64,000 bases of DNA from Candidatus Dormiibacterota bacterium. GTDB lineage: Bacteria > Chloroflexota > Dormibacteria > Aeolococcales > Aeolococcaceae. Every line of letters starts with the position of its first letter. The first letter of the stretch is position 1. Positions 9,325 to 18,929 of this stretch are shown here, one piece after another. The stretch spans positions 135,643 through 199,642 of the forward strand of contig CAWHWM010000004.1 in assembly GCA_963833055.1 (NCBI GenBank), written 5' to 3'. The notes beneath the pieces were generated by a model that ran no database searches, was not told the origin of the DNA, and was given only the letters and a program-made list of their open reading frames with translations. Made by a program: the position numbers and the translations under genes.

Positions 9325-9899
9325 CCAGGCCGGGGATACGCGCGCCGTCCATTGAAGGCCTGAGAACCAAACCTTGCCTTGCGACTGTCCCGTCCACGCG
9401 AGGTACAGGCTGTCCTGTCATAAGCCCCCAGCGCGGGAGTTTGCTTGGTGAGGGCCGACGGGATCGATGCCGGCGACGTCCACGTTGTTCCGTTGTACGA
9501 CGCGTAGGAAATCTGGTTGTCCGACTTCTCCCACGCGACATAAAGGTCGCCGTTGTACACCCCGAGCGCTGGACCGATGTCTGGATTACCCCCCGCCGAT
9601 GGCACGGCCTCGTACCGGCTCCACTTTGTTCCGTTGAAGCCCGAGTAATACACGTGGTAGGGGCTGGGGTTTGCCCTGCCACGCTGCGACGAGAACGCCG
9701 TCGTACGCAACCAGTGCCGGGGTGCCGTACGCTTCGCACTGGGGACCGCCGATCAGGAGTAGTCCAGGCAGCGGGAACCGCGGCCGGCGGCGCGTACCCC
9801 TTGAGGAGCGGAACTTGCGGTAGCGCACAGCCCAACCGCGAGCAACACGACGGCCAGGGTCAAGCGCGAAACCGCGGGCCCGTGTCCCACGACGCTCAA
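9285..9899 (-). pseudogene. secreted lectin-like repeat protein, multiply frameshifted; 3' end runs into tRNA-Ser(GCU)
   Basis: A signal peptide is present (SRLTLAVVLLAVGLCATASSAP, starting at TTG 9899 or GTG 9890). Successive copies of a roughly 45-aa repeat then lie in three different frames: GTPALVAYDGVLVAAWQG, GPALGVYNGDLYVAWEKSDNQISYASYNGTTWTSP, and PALGAY.DSLYLAWTGQSQGKVWFS..FNG. At least 3 frame changes are needed. No frame reaches a stop before the tRNA 3' end. Confidence 0.5.
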
Positions 9900-9929
9900 T
9901 CCACGACGAGACGGCCATGGCACCCCCTT

Positions 9930-10353
9930 CGTCAGCGCTGCTAGTGCGGCGCCTCGGACTGAGACGCCAGCGCCGGTCAGGATACCGAGAACGTGAAGGC
10001 GGTGTGGGGAGAGGATCGGGAACTTCGGGAAACGGCTGGTACCAAACAACTTCAGCAACAGCCCCCACCGGGCCCGTACAAGGGAGGGTCTGAGGTTGGC
10101 CGGGTCGCCAGACTTGAGGTGATGGGCGCGGACGAAGACTGCCGTCAGGTCGTACCCGCCGGGGGTGCTCCACGATGCGCACAGGCACCTGCCTGACCGC
10201 CGTGCTGTTCTCCTCCGCCAGCTCCACGCCGTGTCTGCGCAGTGCGGTGAGGCGCTCGCCGCGAGCCAGGAGCGATACGTCGTGCCCGGCCCCGTGTAGC
10301 CGGACTGCGCATACGCTGCCCGTAACTCCTCCTCCGTACACGAGAAGCTTCAT
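9930..10353 (-). pseudogene. N-terminal fragment of a ketopantoate-reductase (ApbA/PanE)-like NAD(P)-binding protein
   Basis: MKLLVYGGGVTGSVCAVRLHGAGHDVSLLARGERLTALRRHGVELAE is a Rossmann GxGxxG N-terminus. After the GGGGG run at 10161-10165 the family-like sequence continues in another frame (YDLTAVFVRAHHL). The C-terminal domain of the family is missing. The lower boundary is approximate. Confidence 0.45.
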
Positions 10354-10689
10354 CAGACCATCTTCGGCGACCCCGCCGAGGAGATGCGCAACTGGACCGG
10401 ACCGGCGGAGGACGCGATGCGTAATCGCTACCTGTTCCTCGTGGCAGCAATGAGCGCCCCACCCAGCGCGACCTGACCCTCCGCGGAGCCGTGACGCATC
10501 CGGTCACGATCCAGTGTCGGGAGCGCCTGGTATCCGATCCACGGCAGCCATTTCGCCGTACTGTGGCCGTGATGGAGGTGGTCGAACGCGCACCCAGGTC
10601 GCGCTTGTGGGCGAGCGCGTGTTTGATGCTCGCACGCCCCGCTCGTGCAGCGTCCGGCGGGGGTCTGGACCGGTTGGCGCATCGGCGGC

Positions 10690-11135
10690 CCGCGGGCGAC
10701 TCAGGCCGTCAGGGCCGCCACGGAGAGCCTCATGCGTCCCCGGGGTGCGTACGTGATGGGGCGGACCGTGATCGGTCCGTCCGCGGGAACAGGGTGATCA
10801 ATGGACCGGCTGGTGTGGCCCCAAACCGCCATATCACGCGCCGGTATCGTGATACTCATCACACGTCGCGATCCCATCCGGCTGGACGGGGGAACCACGA
10901 TCATGTCATCACCGAAGGGATAGACGCGACCTACTCCGCGGCACTGCGAGGCCGCCGGGGAAAGCGGTGTGGACATCGCCGGCGGAGCCTCGACCGTCCG
11001 ACAGGCGCTGCAAGCCCGTGTGATCGCCGACAGACCCTCGACATCGCGCCCGTTATGCTCGGCTCGGGGGAGCGCATCTTCGTCGCAATCGATTCTTTCG
11101 ATTCGCGCCCGCCGACGCCTTGCACTCGCCCCTGA
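10690..11135 (+). pseudogene. RibD C-terminal-domain (dihydrofolate reductase-like) protein, multiply frameshifted relic
   Basis: Family-like blocks are scattered over all three plus frames: GAYVMGRT, VWPQTAISRAGIVILITRRDPIRLDGGTTIMSSPKG, GIDATYSAALR, VDIAGGASTVRQALQA and LDIAPVMLGSGERIF. Boundaries are approximate. Confidence 0.45.
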
Positions 11136-11169
11136 CCACTCACATCCGCTTCCGCCGGGTGAGGCGTTG

Positions 11170-12203
11170 GCCCAGGGTGTCCAACATCAGCATCGATGCC
11201 GGCGACGTCAGGCCAATCTCGTTGTGGTCCGGTCTCGGGCACCGGTGGCGACGTCAGCGTGTACAACTCGGTGGGGCGATCCGATGTCGTGGTGGACGTC
11301 GAGGGCTACTTTGCGCCCCCCGGTAGCGCACCGGTGGCGGGCGAGTATCACAGCATGTCGGCGCTGAGAATCTGCGACACGCGCGCGGACAAGGGGACCG
11401 AGTGCGCGGGGAGGTTCGACCATCCACTTCCGGCCAACCACGTGGGCGAGATGTGGTGCTCTCTGGACTTCCGTCCGGCGCCCACGGCCCAGCGATCCCG
11501 ACGTCGGGCGCAGCTGCCGCCGTGTTCAACCTCACCGCTGCCAACGCCACAATCGCCACCTACGTCACCGTGGCGACGCCGAACTTGACCACGGATGCGT
11601 GTCCAACAGGCGCGCCCGCGACATCGAACCTGAATCCTCCCGCTGGTTCGGCGCTCCCCAATCGGATCATATCCGCGCTCGGGCCCCACCAGGATGTGTG
11701 CATCTACAACGCCGCAGGTAGCATCGATTTCATCATCGACGTCAACGGCTGGTTCGGCGATGGCACAGAGGGGACCCACGGTCCCACCGGCCACGCTCTT
11801 CTACTCGATTCCCCCGGCGCGAATCTGCGATACACGGCCGACGAAGAATGGATCGCTCGCGAATTGCGAGAACGAGTTCATCTCAGCGGACCAAACCATG
11901 GCGATCCAGGCGGCTGGCAAGAGTGTCATCCCACCCATGGGAGGGTCGCACCCGCCGATCGCGATTGTCGCGAACCTCACGGCCGTGGCGGGAACCGCGA
12001 CGACCTTCTTCACGCTCTATCCGTGCGACGCGACGGCACAGCCACTCGCATCGGATCTCAACGCGCGCGCCGGGGACGTCGTCGCAAACCTCGCCTTCGT
12101 CGCGATCTCGCAGTCGGGAATCTCTGCGGGCAATGTCTGCCTCTTCAAACGACCAGGGCACGATCAACGCCATCCTCGATGCGTTGCCGGGTGGTTTCAA
12201 TAG
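11170..12203 (+). pseudogene. 5'-truncated, frameshifted gene for a secreted repeat protein (R-[IL]-C-D-T-R ... D-V-x-G-[YW]-F modules)
   Basis: There are two full modules and one partial module of roughly 105 aa, spread over three frames. Examples: ...GDVSVYNSVGRSDVVVDVEGYF; LRICDTRADKGTEC...AAVFNLTAANATIATYVTVATP...SNLNPPAGSALPNRII...VCIYNAAGSIDFIIDVNGWF; ARICDTRPTKNG...ANLTAVAGTATTFFTLYPC...NVCLF..GTINAILD.AGWFQ. The first module lacks its N-terminal half, and no signal peptide or start precedes it. Confidence 0.5.
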
Positions 12204-12243
12204 GGCTCGCGAGCGGACAATCAATCATCCTCGTGGCGATCAC

Positions 12244-13166
12244 ATGACCTCCAAAAACAGCACGGGCACCGCCGCCGGTGACATCCACGGCGCGCGCGAA
12301 CTCATGCGACGCTCGCGCCAAGAGCACTACGCCGTGGGTGCGTTCAATGTCGACAACCAGGAAACCCTGATCGCAATCGCCCGGGCAGCGCAAGCCAAGC
12401 GAGCCCCGGTCCTGGCAGAGGTGAGCCACGGGGAGGTCGCCATCATCGGCCTGGCCAACCTCCGTTCCCTGGTCGACAACTACCGCGCAGAACTCGGCGT
12501 GGAGATGTACATCAATCTCGACCACTCCCCGAGCGTCGAGGCCGCAAAAGCGGGCATTGACGCGGGCTTCGAGTTCTTCGTCCACATCGACTTGAGCCAG
12601 GCACGACGGGAAGCATCCGATGCCGAGATCATCGAGGCGACGCGCGAGGTCGTGGAGTACGCGGCGCATACCACCGGAGCCTTGGTGGAGAGCGAACCGC
12701 ACTATTTCAGCGGCAGCTCCAACGTGCACGACGAGCCCATTGACTACGAGGCGATCAAGAGCACCTTCTCGACTCCTGAAGGCGCGCGGCACTTTGTCGA
12801 TGCAACCGGCATCGACACGTTTGCCGCGGCCGTGGGCAACTTACACGGCCGCTACCCGGTCCCGAAGCAGCTCGATCTCGCGCTACTGCAAACGATCCGA
12901 GACGCGATCGACGTCAACATCAGCCTGCATGGCGGCAGCGGCACGCCCGGCTACTTCTTTCAGAGCGCCGCAAAAATCGGCGTCAGCAAGGTCAACATCA
13001 ACTCCGAATGCGCTTCGCATACCGCACAACGCTCGAGCAGCAGTTGCGAGCCAGCCCTGACGAATATGCGATCGTGAACCTGATTGAGCCGGTGATCCGC
13101 GCAGTGCAGGACGTCGTCGAGAACCGTATCGATCTGTTCGGATCCGCCGGCAAAGCTCGGCCCTGA
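12244..13166 (+). pseudogene. class II fructose/tagatose-bisphosphate aldolase family protein, one frameshift near 13007
   Basis: ATG at 12244. Family blocks are present: HYAVGAFNVDNQETL, YINLDHS, TFAAAVGNLHG and SLHGGSGTP. After KVNINSE the family-like C-terminus (MRFAYRTTLEQQL...RIDLFGSAGKARP, stop at 13164-13166) is in the +1 frame. It is restored by adding one A to the AA at 13007-13008. Confidence 0.75.
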
Positions 13167-13291
13167 GCGCGGAATACGTGCGGCAGTACCGCCCAGCGCG
13201 CCCCCGGAAACCCGCCGCGCCCCTCTCCAATCCGCGTTCAGAGTGCTCGAGGCGGACGTGTCACGGCGAGAACTCCGCGGGCTGGAACGGA

Positions 13292-13948
13292 CTAACAAAG
13301 ACCCCTGAGGTCGCCATGCATCCCGGCCCGCCTCCCGGGAGGGAGACCGTGGCAGTCAACGAGAACACCGTCAACGCGAATCCGAAGAGCCGCCACCTGG
13401 CTATTCCCGCATCCGCCGTCGAAGTACTGCACTGGAAGTGACGCCTGACCTCGGACGCCGCCTTCTGGGCTCGGACCGGGTGCGCTGCCCTGATTGCTCA
13501 GTGGCGTGAGACCGACCCCATCGTTGGCAAGCGTCGGGACGTAATCTGCCGCGGCATATTGCAGACGCGGCATCGCGAGCACGTGGCCGCTCTTATCAAG
13601 AAGTTGGACATCCGACGTCCCTCGAAGGGTGCAAGGCTTTGTTCCTTGATCCGTGACGATCAGATACAGAATGCCGTGGCTCAAGTTACTGAACTCTTGA
13701 CCCATGCGCACCTCGAGTTGCGCCGCAGAACAGGGTGGTCCGACCGGAGCAAGAAACGGGATCGTAAAAGGTGAGGGGGTTGGTGTAGCGATGGCTGGCT
13801 GTACTGTGATGGAGGGTACGACTGACGCGGCGGCTGTTTGCGGTGTGGTCATTGTTGATGGGCGAGGGTGCACATTCGAAGCCGCGCATGCAGCGAGGAC
13901 GAGCGCAGTGAGTCCCCAACACGATCCCGCGTCGCCCTTGCTGGACAC
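13292..13948 (-). CDS. lipoprotein with DUF4232-like domain
   Basis: It has a signal/lipobox region (LTALVLAACAAS) and a Thr/Pro linker. The pattern C-SAAQLEV...GILYLIVTDQGTKPCTLRGTSDVQLLDKSG is typical of DUF4232 (recalled from memory). Confidence 0.5.
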   Translation of the reverse strand: MSSKGDAGSCWGLTALVLAACAASNVHPRPSTMTTPQTAAASVVPSITVQPAIATPTPSPFTIPFLAPVGPPCSAAQLEVRMGQEFSNLSHGILYLIVTDQGTKPCTLRGTSDVQLLDKSGHVLAMPRLQYAAADYVPTLANDGVGLTPLSNQGSAPGPSPEGGVRGQASLPVQYFDGGCGNSQVAALRIRVDGVLVDCHGLPPGRRAGMHGDLRGLC

Positions 13949-13966
13949 TAAGTGACTTCGAACCCG

Positions 13967-14203
13967 CTAGCGCGGAGAGAGACGGTGAACAGCTTCGGCG
14001 ACGAGCAGCAGCGTCACAGCAGCGCCCGTACCGTACAGGACGCACTCCCACGCCGTGAATTTTGGGAGCAGTAGTTGCCCTGGTGCGCACGAGCTGAGCC
14101 CAGCGCATCTCGGATGTCGCATCGCGGCCGTCAAGAGGCCGATCACAATTCCCACTGGGATCGATGAAAGCCGGAGCACGTTCGAGAGGCTTCTCACAGT
14201 CAC
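13967..14203 (-). CDS. hypothetical small membrane protein (two predicted TM helices)
   Basis: 78 codons. The GTG start overlaps the stop of the upstream propeller gene (GTGA at 14200-14203). Hydrophobic stretches are IPVGIVIGLLTAA and LYGTGAAVTLLLVAEAV. There is no similarity-based support. Confidence 0.3.
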   Translation of the reverse strand: MTVRSLSNVLRLSSIPVGIVIGLLTAAMRHPRCAGLSSCAPGQLLLPKFTAWECVLYGTGAAVTLLLVAEAVHRLSPR

Positions 14204-15483
14204 TCTTGATCGGCGGTCCAGCCGAGCGGAGCGCTCTCAGGGCTCCACGTGAGTCCTGCGTTGCTGGTCCGGATGAGGAGCGGGCATTGTGGTCCACCGT
14301 CATCATTTTCTTCCAGTGCCCAGCCCACGCCAGTTGCGAGAAGCCAGATCTCATCAACACCATTGCCTTGCAGAAGACACGTCGCGTTGGATCCGACGTC
14401 GTACCACGAGCGCCCCCCGTCCACACTCCGAATGATGCCCGCTCTCATGGAGCCGATAAGCGCGATCCCATCAACGGTCACCGACAGGCCGCTGGCATAG
14501 CCCGCCCCCGAGATGGTTCCCACTGGGGGGTTGGAGACATTGTTGGCACGTTCTTGCCAGGGGGCAGGCCTCCATCGGAGAGATACGTAAATCGCCTCGG
14601 GTCCACTCCCCGCGCCACCGCCACCTCCGCACAGCAGCCAGACTGTTGTGCCATCGGGACTCCGCAGACCGGCGATTCCGAAGGTGCAGGGCAACGGGGT
14701 CTTGCGCCACGTGACACCGTCGTTCCGTGTGCTTGCCATCCATGCCTCGCTCCGGGCTTGAGGGCCCCCGCCGGCAATGAACGCAACGCCATGCGGTGCA
14801 CGCTCCAGGAGCACCGGCGCCCACTCTGGGCCACCGTACCCAGCGGCATCTCACTGGCGGCTGGACTGAGGCGCGAGTCCACACGTCTGAGCCGATCGGC
14901 GATGTGAACAACATGCAGGTGGCGGAGGGTTCGGGGACGGTGCAATCGGCGATTGCCCATGCGGTGGTCCCGGCCGGCTCCAGTGCAATAACCGGCGAGT
15001 TGAATACCCGCTTCGACGTCAACCCACTGTTATGACTTTCGTAGATGGCCGGTCCGCTGACCAGATGTTTGCGCCCACAAACCTGATGTTCACGGACAGC
15101 GGAGACCACCCTCCGGGCGACCCTTCGTTCTGGAACTGTCCGAGAGATATCGGGCGGCTCCATGTCGCTCCGGCATTTGACGTCTTGTCGACGATCACGG
15201 TGCAGGTTTGCGTATTGTCGACGCACGACGTCCCCACCGCCCACCCGGCCATGGCATCGCTGAAAGTAATGTCGGAGACTTCGATGGTTGAAGCGCTGCT
15301 GGGGGTGGGGGCCGGGACCGGAATAGGACACGGCGTCCGATCAGCGAGATGTGCGCAACTCGGGCGGATCGTCATCGGCGTGGGGGTGGTCCGCGGTTGC
15401 ACCGAATCTGCGAATCGAGGACTGCACGCAGTTGCCGCGAGGACGACCAAGGCGAGGCCGAGCGAGCGTAGCGGCGCCTTCAT
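14200..15483 (-). pseudogene. BNR/Asp-box beta-propeller lipoprotein paralog, several frameshifts as sequenced
   Basis: It starts MKAPLRSLGLALVVLAATAC (ATG at 15483). Asp-box motifs are present (TSNAGATW, SVDGGRSW, TSNAGLTW, RNDGVTW). The coding sense passes through ORFs 15019-15597, 14471-15331, 14478-14960 and 14200-14814. The joins I inspected lie in short homopolymers, e.g. TTT at 15068-15070. Confidence 0.65.
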
Positions 15484-15745
15484 CGCGCGGCCAGCAGGCA
15501 CGTCGTCATGAGAGCGCGACGACCGACCAGGTATTGCCTGCGTTGGTGGTCCGCCAGAGCTGTGACGCTTGGGTGTCCTGGTTCTGCGTGATGGCATAGC
15601 CCACCTCGTAGTTGGTAAAGCCGGCCCACACCGCGCCGTCGAGCTCCGGGATCAGGTGATAGGTTTTGCCGCCGTCTTCGGTCACTCCAAACCAAACCGC
15701 CCCACCAACAAAGCGTGGCGTGCGGTGAGTGCCGCAACCATCTCG

Positions 15746-16798
15746 TTATTTGTGAACATATCGTCGGCCGGGTGGGCGTGCCCACGTCACACCTCCATCG
15801 GTCGATACAGCCGGATCGCCGTCCATTCCGGTCGCGCAGAACGCCCATATGACCGAGGGGCTCACGGGGTCAAAGGCGCCACCAAGTTCGGGTGTACACG
15901 GCATGGACCCATGCACCCAGGAGAGGCCATCGTCACTGGATCGCCATTCACGTCCAGAGGAGCGGCCGAAGTACATGACCCACAGCGTGTCCCCGTGGAC
16001 GCCGATGGAAGGGCGGCCAACGGGGTTGCCGGGCGGCGATATGACGGACCACGTGTTGGTGCCGGCCTGCGAGCGCATGAGCGGGTACGAACAGCCCACA
16101 GCAGTCGTCGGATCCGTGCAGATCTCGAAGACCGCATAGACGTAGCCGTTGGCTCCCGGTTCGAGCTGCTCAATCCCCAGAAGGTGATTGCCGAACGTGA
16201 GCTGGCTCCAAGTCGAACCGTCGTTGTGCGTGGCCCAGAGCGTGTCGCCGAACACCCAGCCGTTGGACGGATCCGCGAATCGGATGTCGGTCACCGTGGG
16301 CGGACCCGGCGTCGGGTCATTCCCCGCGAGGTAGTAGCTGGGGGGCACCTGGATCGTGCTGAACGAGCGACCACCATCAACGGTTTGCAGGATCTTTGAC
16401 GCGCAGACCGAGGAGGTGCATCCGGTGGCGCCCAGCACCCAGAAGTCGTCTTCGCTGATGGCGGTGACCGATTCGGGCTGGAAACCACTCGCGATAGGCT
16501 GCCCCGACGGGCTCGGAGATGGTGCTGGTGCGGTGGTTGGTGACGCAGTCGGGTGTGTGACCGCGGGGAACGGCGATTTCGGCGCCGGATGGGCAAGCAC
16601 CAGGATCAGACCGATCACGAGCACCGCAGCGGCACCGGCTGCAATCAACTCCATTGCGAAGTGTCGCGTGGCTTTGGCGGCGGTGAACTCGCCTCGCGTC
16701 ATGAAGCTGCGTGCGGTCGTCAGGGCATCGCGCTCTGCAGCTGTCAGCGGGCGCCGCGCGAGAGCTCGCTCGATGGAGTCGTCGTCAAACGTGCTCAC
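15746..16798 (-). CDS. anti-sigma-factor-like membrane protein with extracytoplasmic BNR beta-propeller domain
   Basis: The start overlaps the stop of the ECF sigma gene (16795-16798). It has a roughly 45-aa cytoplasmic N-terminus, one TM helix (LIAAGAAAVLVIGLILVLA) and a Pro/Ser linker. The propeller carries QTVDGGRSF, THNDGSTW, SSDDGLSW and STDGGVTW. Confidence 0.65.
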   Translation of the reverse strand: MSTFDDDSIERALARRPLTAAERDALTTARSFMTRGEFTAAKATRHFAMELIAAGAAAVLVIGLILVLAHPAPKSPFPAVTHPTASPTTAPAPSPSPSGQPIASGFQPESVTAISEDDFWVLGATGCTSSVCASKILQTVDGGRSFSTIQVPPSYYLAGNDPTPGPPTVTDIRFADPSNGWVFGDTLWATHNDGSTWSQLTFGNHLLGIEQLEPGANGYVYAVFEICTDPTTAVGCSYPLMRSQAGTNTWSVISPPGNPVGRPSIGVHGDTLWVMYFGRSSGREWRSSDDGLSWVHGSMPCTPELGGAFDPVSPSVIWAFCATGMDGDPAVSTDGGVTWARPPGRRYVHK

Positions 16799-17277
16799 TG
16801 CGCCACCTCAATTGCCGATGCGTCGAGCGCCTTACGAAGTGACCCGCGTGCGCGGGTCAGGAGTTGCTTCGCGGCGGGTTCGCTGATGGCCATGACCTCA
16901 GCAACTTCCCTGGTGGAGAACCCGGCCTCGAAGCGAAGTGCGAGCACCACCTGCTGGCGTTTCGGCAGGGTCGGCAGCTTGGCAAGGACTTCACCCAGCC
17001 GGTCGCTCGGATCTGGGTCCGCTGAGGCAACGCTCCAGAACGTCGGGAGTGTCAGCCAGCGCCGGCGGGGGCGTCGAGCCTCGCGATAGGCGATCGCCAC
17101 AAACCACGGGCGGAACTCGCCCCGCCGCTGATCCCGGTGACGCCACGCACGGATAGAAGCTTCCTGGAGGACGTCCGCAATCTCATGCGGAGGCAGGCCG
17201 AGCGAGCGGACGACCCTCACGGCAGCCTCGGATGCGGCGATGAGATCTGCTGAGAATGCCGCCTCATCCTGATCCAC
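16795..17277 (-). CDS. ECF-type RNA polymerase sigma-70 family factor
   Basis: 160 aa. Region 2 is present (ADVLQEASIRAWRHRDQ...FRPWFVAIAYREARR), as is region 4 (LPKRQQVVLALRFEAGFSTREVAEVMAISEPAAKQLLTRARGSLRKAL). Confidence 0.85.
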   Translation of the reverse strand: MDQDEAAFSADLIAASEAAVRVVRSLGLPPHEIADVLQEASIRAWRHRDQRRGEFRPWFVAIAYREARRPRRRWLTLPTFWSVASADPDPSDRLGEVLAKLPTLPKRQQVVLALRFEAGFSTREVAEVMAISEPAAKQLLTRARGSLRKALDASAIEVAQ

Positions 17278-17457
17278 AGCTGGCTCCCGGCTGCAGCCTC
17301 TGTCCCATATCTGGTCGCCTGGGTGCGTCCATCACGTACTGATAAGACCCACGGCGCGGGCCAAAGGTAACGCCGGCCCTGCATGTCCGCCACACCGGCT
17401 TCCTGTGTGGATGCGCCGCGCGCTGGCCACAGCCCGCTCCGGCGTAGGCTCGGATCC

Positions 17458-18408
17458 ATGGAAAGTGCTGCCCGCCGAGTGACCTTCGGCATCAAGACAA
17501 GCCAGATCAACCTTGGCTACGACGAGATCCTCCGCGTCTGGCGAGAGGCCGACGACGTCGCCGTCTTCGAGCACGCCTGGCTCTGGGATCACATGGTTCC
17601 GCTTCGCGGCGACGCGAACGGTGCGACGCTCGAGGCGTGGACGCTGCTCTCGGCGCTCGCAGCCCAGACCAGCCGGCTTCGTCTCGGCATCATCGTCACG
17701 AGCAACCGGCTCCGTCACCCTGCGCTGCTGGCAAAGATGGCAGCAACTGTCGACATCATCTCGGGTGGACGGCTCGAATTCGGCATCGGCGCCGGCGGGA
17801 GCCGCGTTCCCGATCCGCAGGTGCTCGCGTTCGTGCACCGCGAATACGACGCGTATGGCGTCGATGTCGTCGCTCCATCCGAGGCGCTCGCTGCGCTCGA
17901 CGAGGCCTGCACGATCGCCAAGCGGATGTGGACGGAGACGGAGCCATTCGACTTCGACGGCCACTGCTACAAGCTGCGCGGTGCGATCTGCGAGCCGAAG
18001 CCGATCCAGCGGCCGGGTCCGCCGATCCTCATCGGTGCCGGCGGTGAGCGCATCGCACTGCGCGTGGTGGCCCAGCACGCCAACATCTGGAACTGCCCGA
18101 CCAGCACCATCGACGAGTTCCGCCACAAGAGCGGCGTCCTCGACGAGCACTGTCGCGCCATCGGTCGTGATCCGAACGAGATCACCCGGTCCATTCAGGT
18201 GCTTGTGTCAGCCAATGCGCAGGAGGAGCGGCCGGCGCATCTGCCTCCGGTGCGTGGACCGGCAGAGGTGCGCGACCAACTGGTGGAACTGATCGATGCA
18301 GGCGTCTCGCACATCGTTCTGGCAGCGCTGCCGCCGATTCCGCCGGTCCGCTGGCTCGCCGAGGAAATCGTCGAGCCGGTGCTGGCTCGCGTACAGGCTA
18401 CGTCCTGA
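17458..18408 (+). CDS. LLM-class (luciferase-like) F420-dependent oxidoreductase
   Basis: ATG at 17458 gives MESAARRVTFGIKTSQ.... Typical blocks are present: FEHAWLWDHM, LEAWTLLSALAAQTSRLRLGIIVTSNRLRHPALLAKMAATVDIISGGRLEFGIGAG. The ORF as tracked begins at 17383. Confidence 0.8.
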   Translation: MESAARRVTFGIKTSQINLGYDEILRVWREADDVAVFEHAWLWDHMVPLRGDANGATLEAWTLLSALAAQTSRLRLGIIVTSNRLRHPALLAKMAATVDIISGGRLEFGIGAGGSRVPDPQVLAFVHREYDAYGVDVVAPSEALAALDEACTIAKRMWTETEPFDFDGHCYKLRGAICEPKPIQRPGPPILIGAGGERIALRVVAQHANIWNCPTSTIDEFRHKSGVLDEHCRAIGRDPNEITRSIQVLVSANAQEERPAHLPPVRGPAEVRDQLVELIDAGVSHIVLAALPPIPPVRWLAEEIVEPVLARVQATS

Positions 18409-18422
18409 GCAGGGACGCAAGT

Positions 18423-18442
18423 CCTTACGGCTCGCCGTAAGG
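18423..18442 (+). terminator. hairpin downstream of the LLM gene
   Basis: CCTTACGG-CTCG-CCGTAAGG (8-bp perfect stem, 4-nt loop), 15 nt after the stop at 18408. No U-tract follows, so its function is uncertain. Confidence 0.3.
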
Positions 18443-18457
18443 CAACGAGCGTCCGCG

Positions 18458-18475
18458 TGTCACATCCGCGTGACA
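18458..18475 (+). promoter_or_regulatory. palindrome TGTCAC-N6-GTGACA upstream of the lipoprotein gene; shares a motif with 56505-56524
   Basis: TGTCACATCCGCGTGACA, 63 nt upstream of ATG 18538. The string GTG[T/A]CACATCCG(CG)TGACA recurs at 56507-56523. Confidence 0.25.
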
Positions 18476-18537
18476 GGGCCGCGATGGCCAGGACCACAGC
18501 GAATCGCCTCTGGTAGTTTCGATGTACGAAAGAGAAC

Positions 18538-18927
18538 ATGGCGCTGCGCATCGTCCGGACCGCGTGCCTCCTCGTCGCAGGCGGTGTCGTGATGGTCGGT
18601 TGCTCGTCGCCGATACCGGCACCAGCTGCCGCCACTCCCACGCCGGGATTGGGTGATGCATTGCGCCAGGAGCTCGGGACCCTCCAGACCTGTCTTGAGG
18701 CATCGACCACCGCTCTCAGCGAAGCGAATGCCGTGTGCTACGAGGGATTCAGCTACACACTCGACGGCTACACGTGGCCGTCATCCGTGGGCGAGCGGGA
18801 GGCCACGCTGCGTGCGGACGGCTTGACGCTTGCAACGTGCCTCAGTGGCACAAGCATCTCCAAATGCAGCGCCGACTTGACCACGTTCAACACCGATCGG
18901 GATCAGCTGCTCAGCTCTGTCCCTTGA
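18538..18927 (+). CDS. small lipoprotein, unknown function
   Basis: MALRIVRTACLLVAGGVVMVGC-SSP is a signal peptide plus lipobox. The mature part is roughly 105 aa with 5 Cys. Confidence 0.5.
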   Translation: MALRIVRTACLLVAGGVVMVGCSSPIPAPAAATPTPGLGDALRQELGTLQTCLEASTTALSEANAVCYEGFSYTLDGYTWPSSVGEREATLRADGLTLATCLSGTSISKCSADLTTFNTDRDQLLSSVP

Positions 18928-18929
18928 CG

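Noticed and set aside
9104-9835. 243-aa minus-strand ORF, and ORF 9285-9710, reading straight through tRNA-Ser(GCU)
   Set aside because: The parts overlapping the tRNA are translation of the tRNA antisense sequence. Only the upstream repeat-bearing segments look coding, and these are annotated as a frameshifted relic.
10428-10682. 84-aa minus-strand ORF (..FDHLHHGHSTAKWLPWIGYQ..) upstream of the reductase fragment
   Set aside because: It could be another gene relic, with a His-rich metal-site-like string. I cannot assign a family or a convincing start, and it overlaps plus-strand RibD_C-like remnants, so I have not called it.
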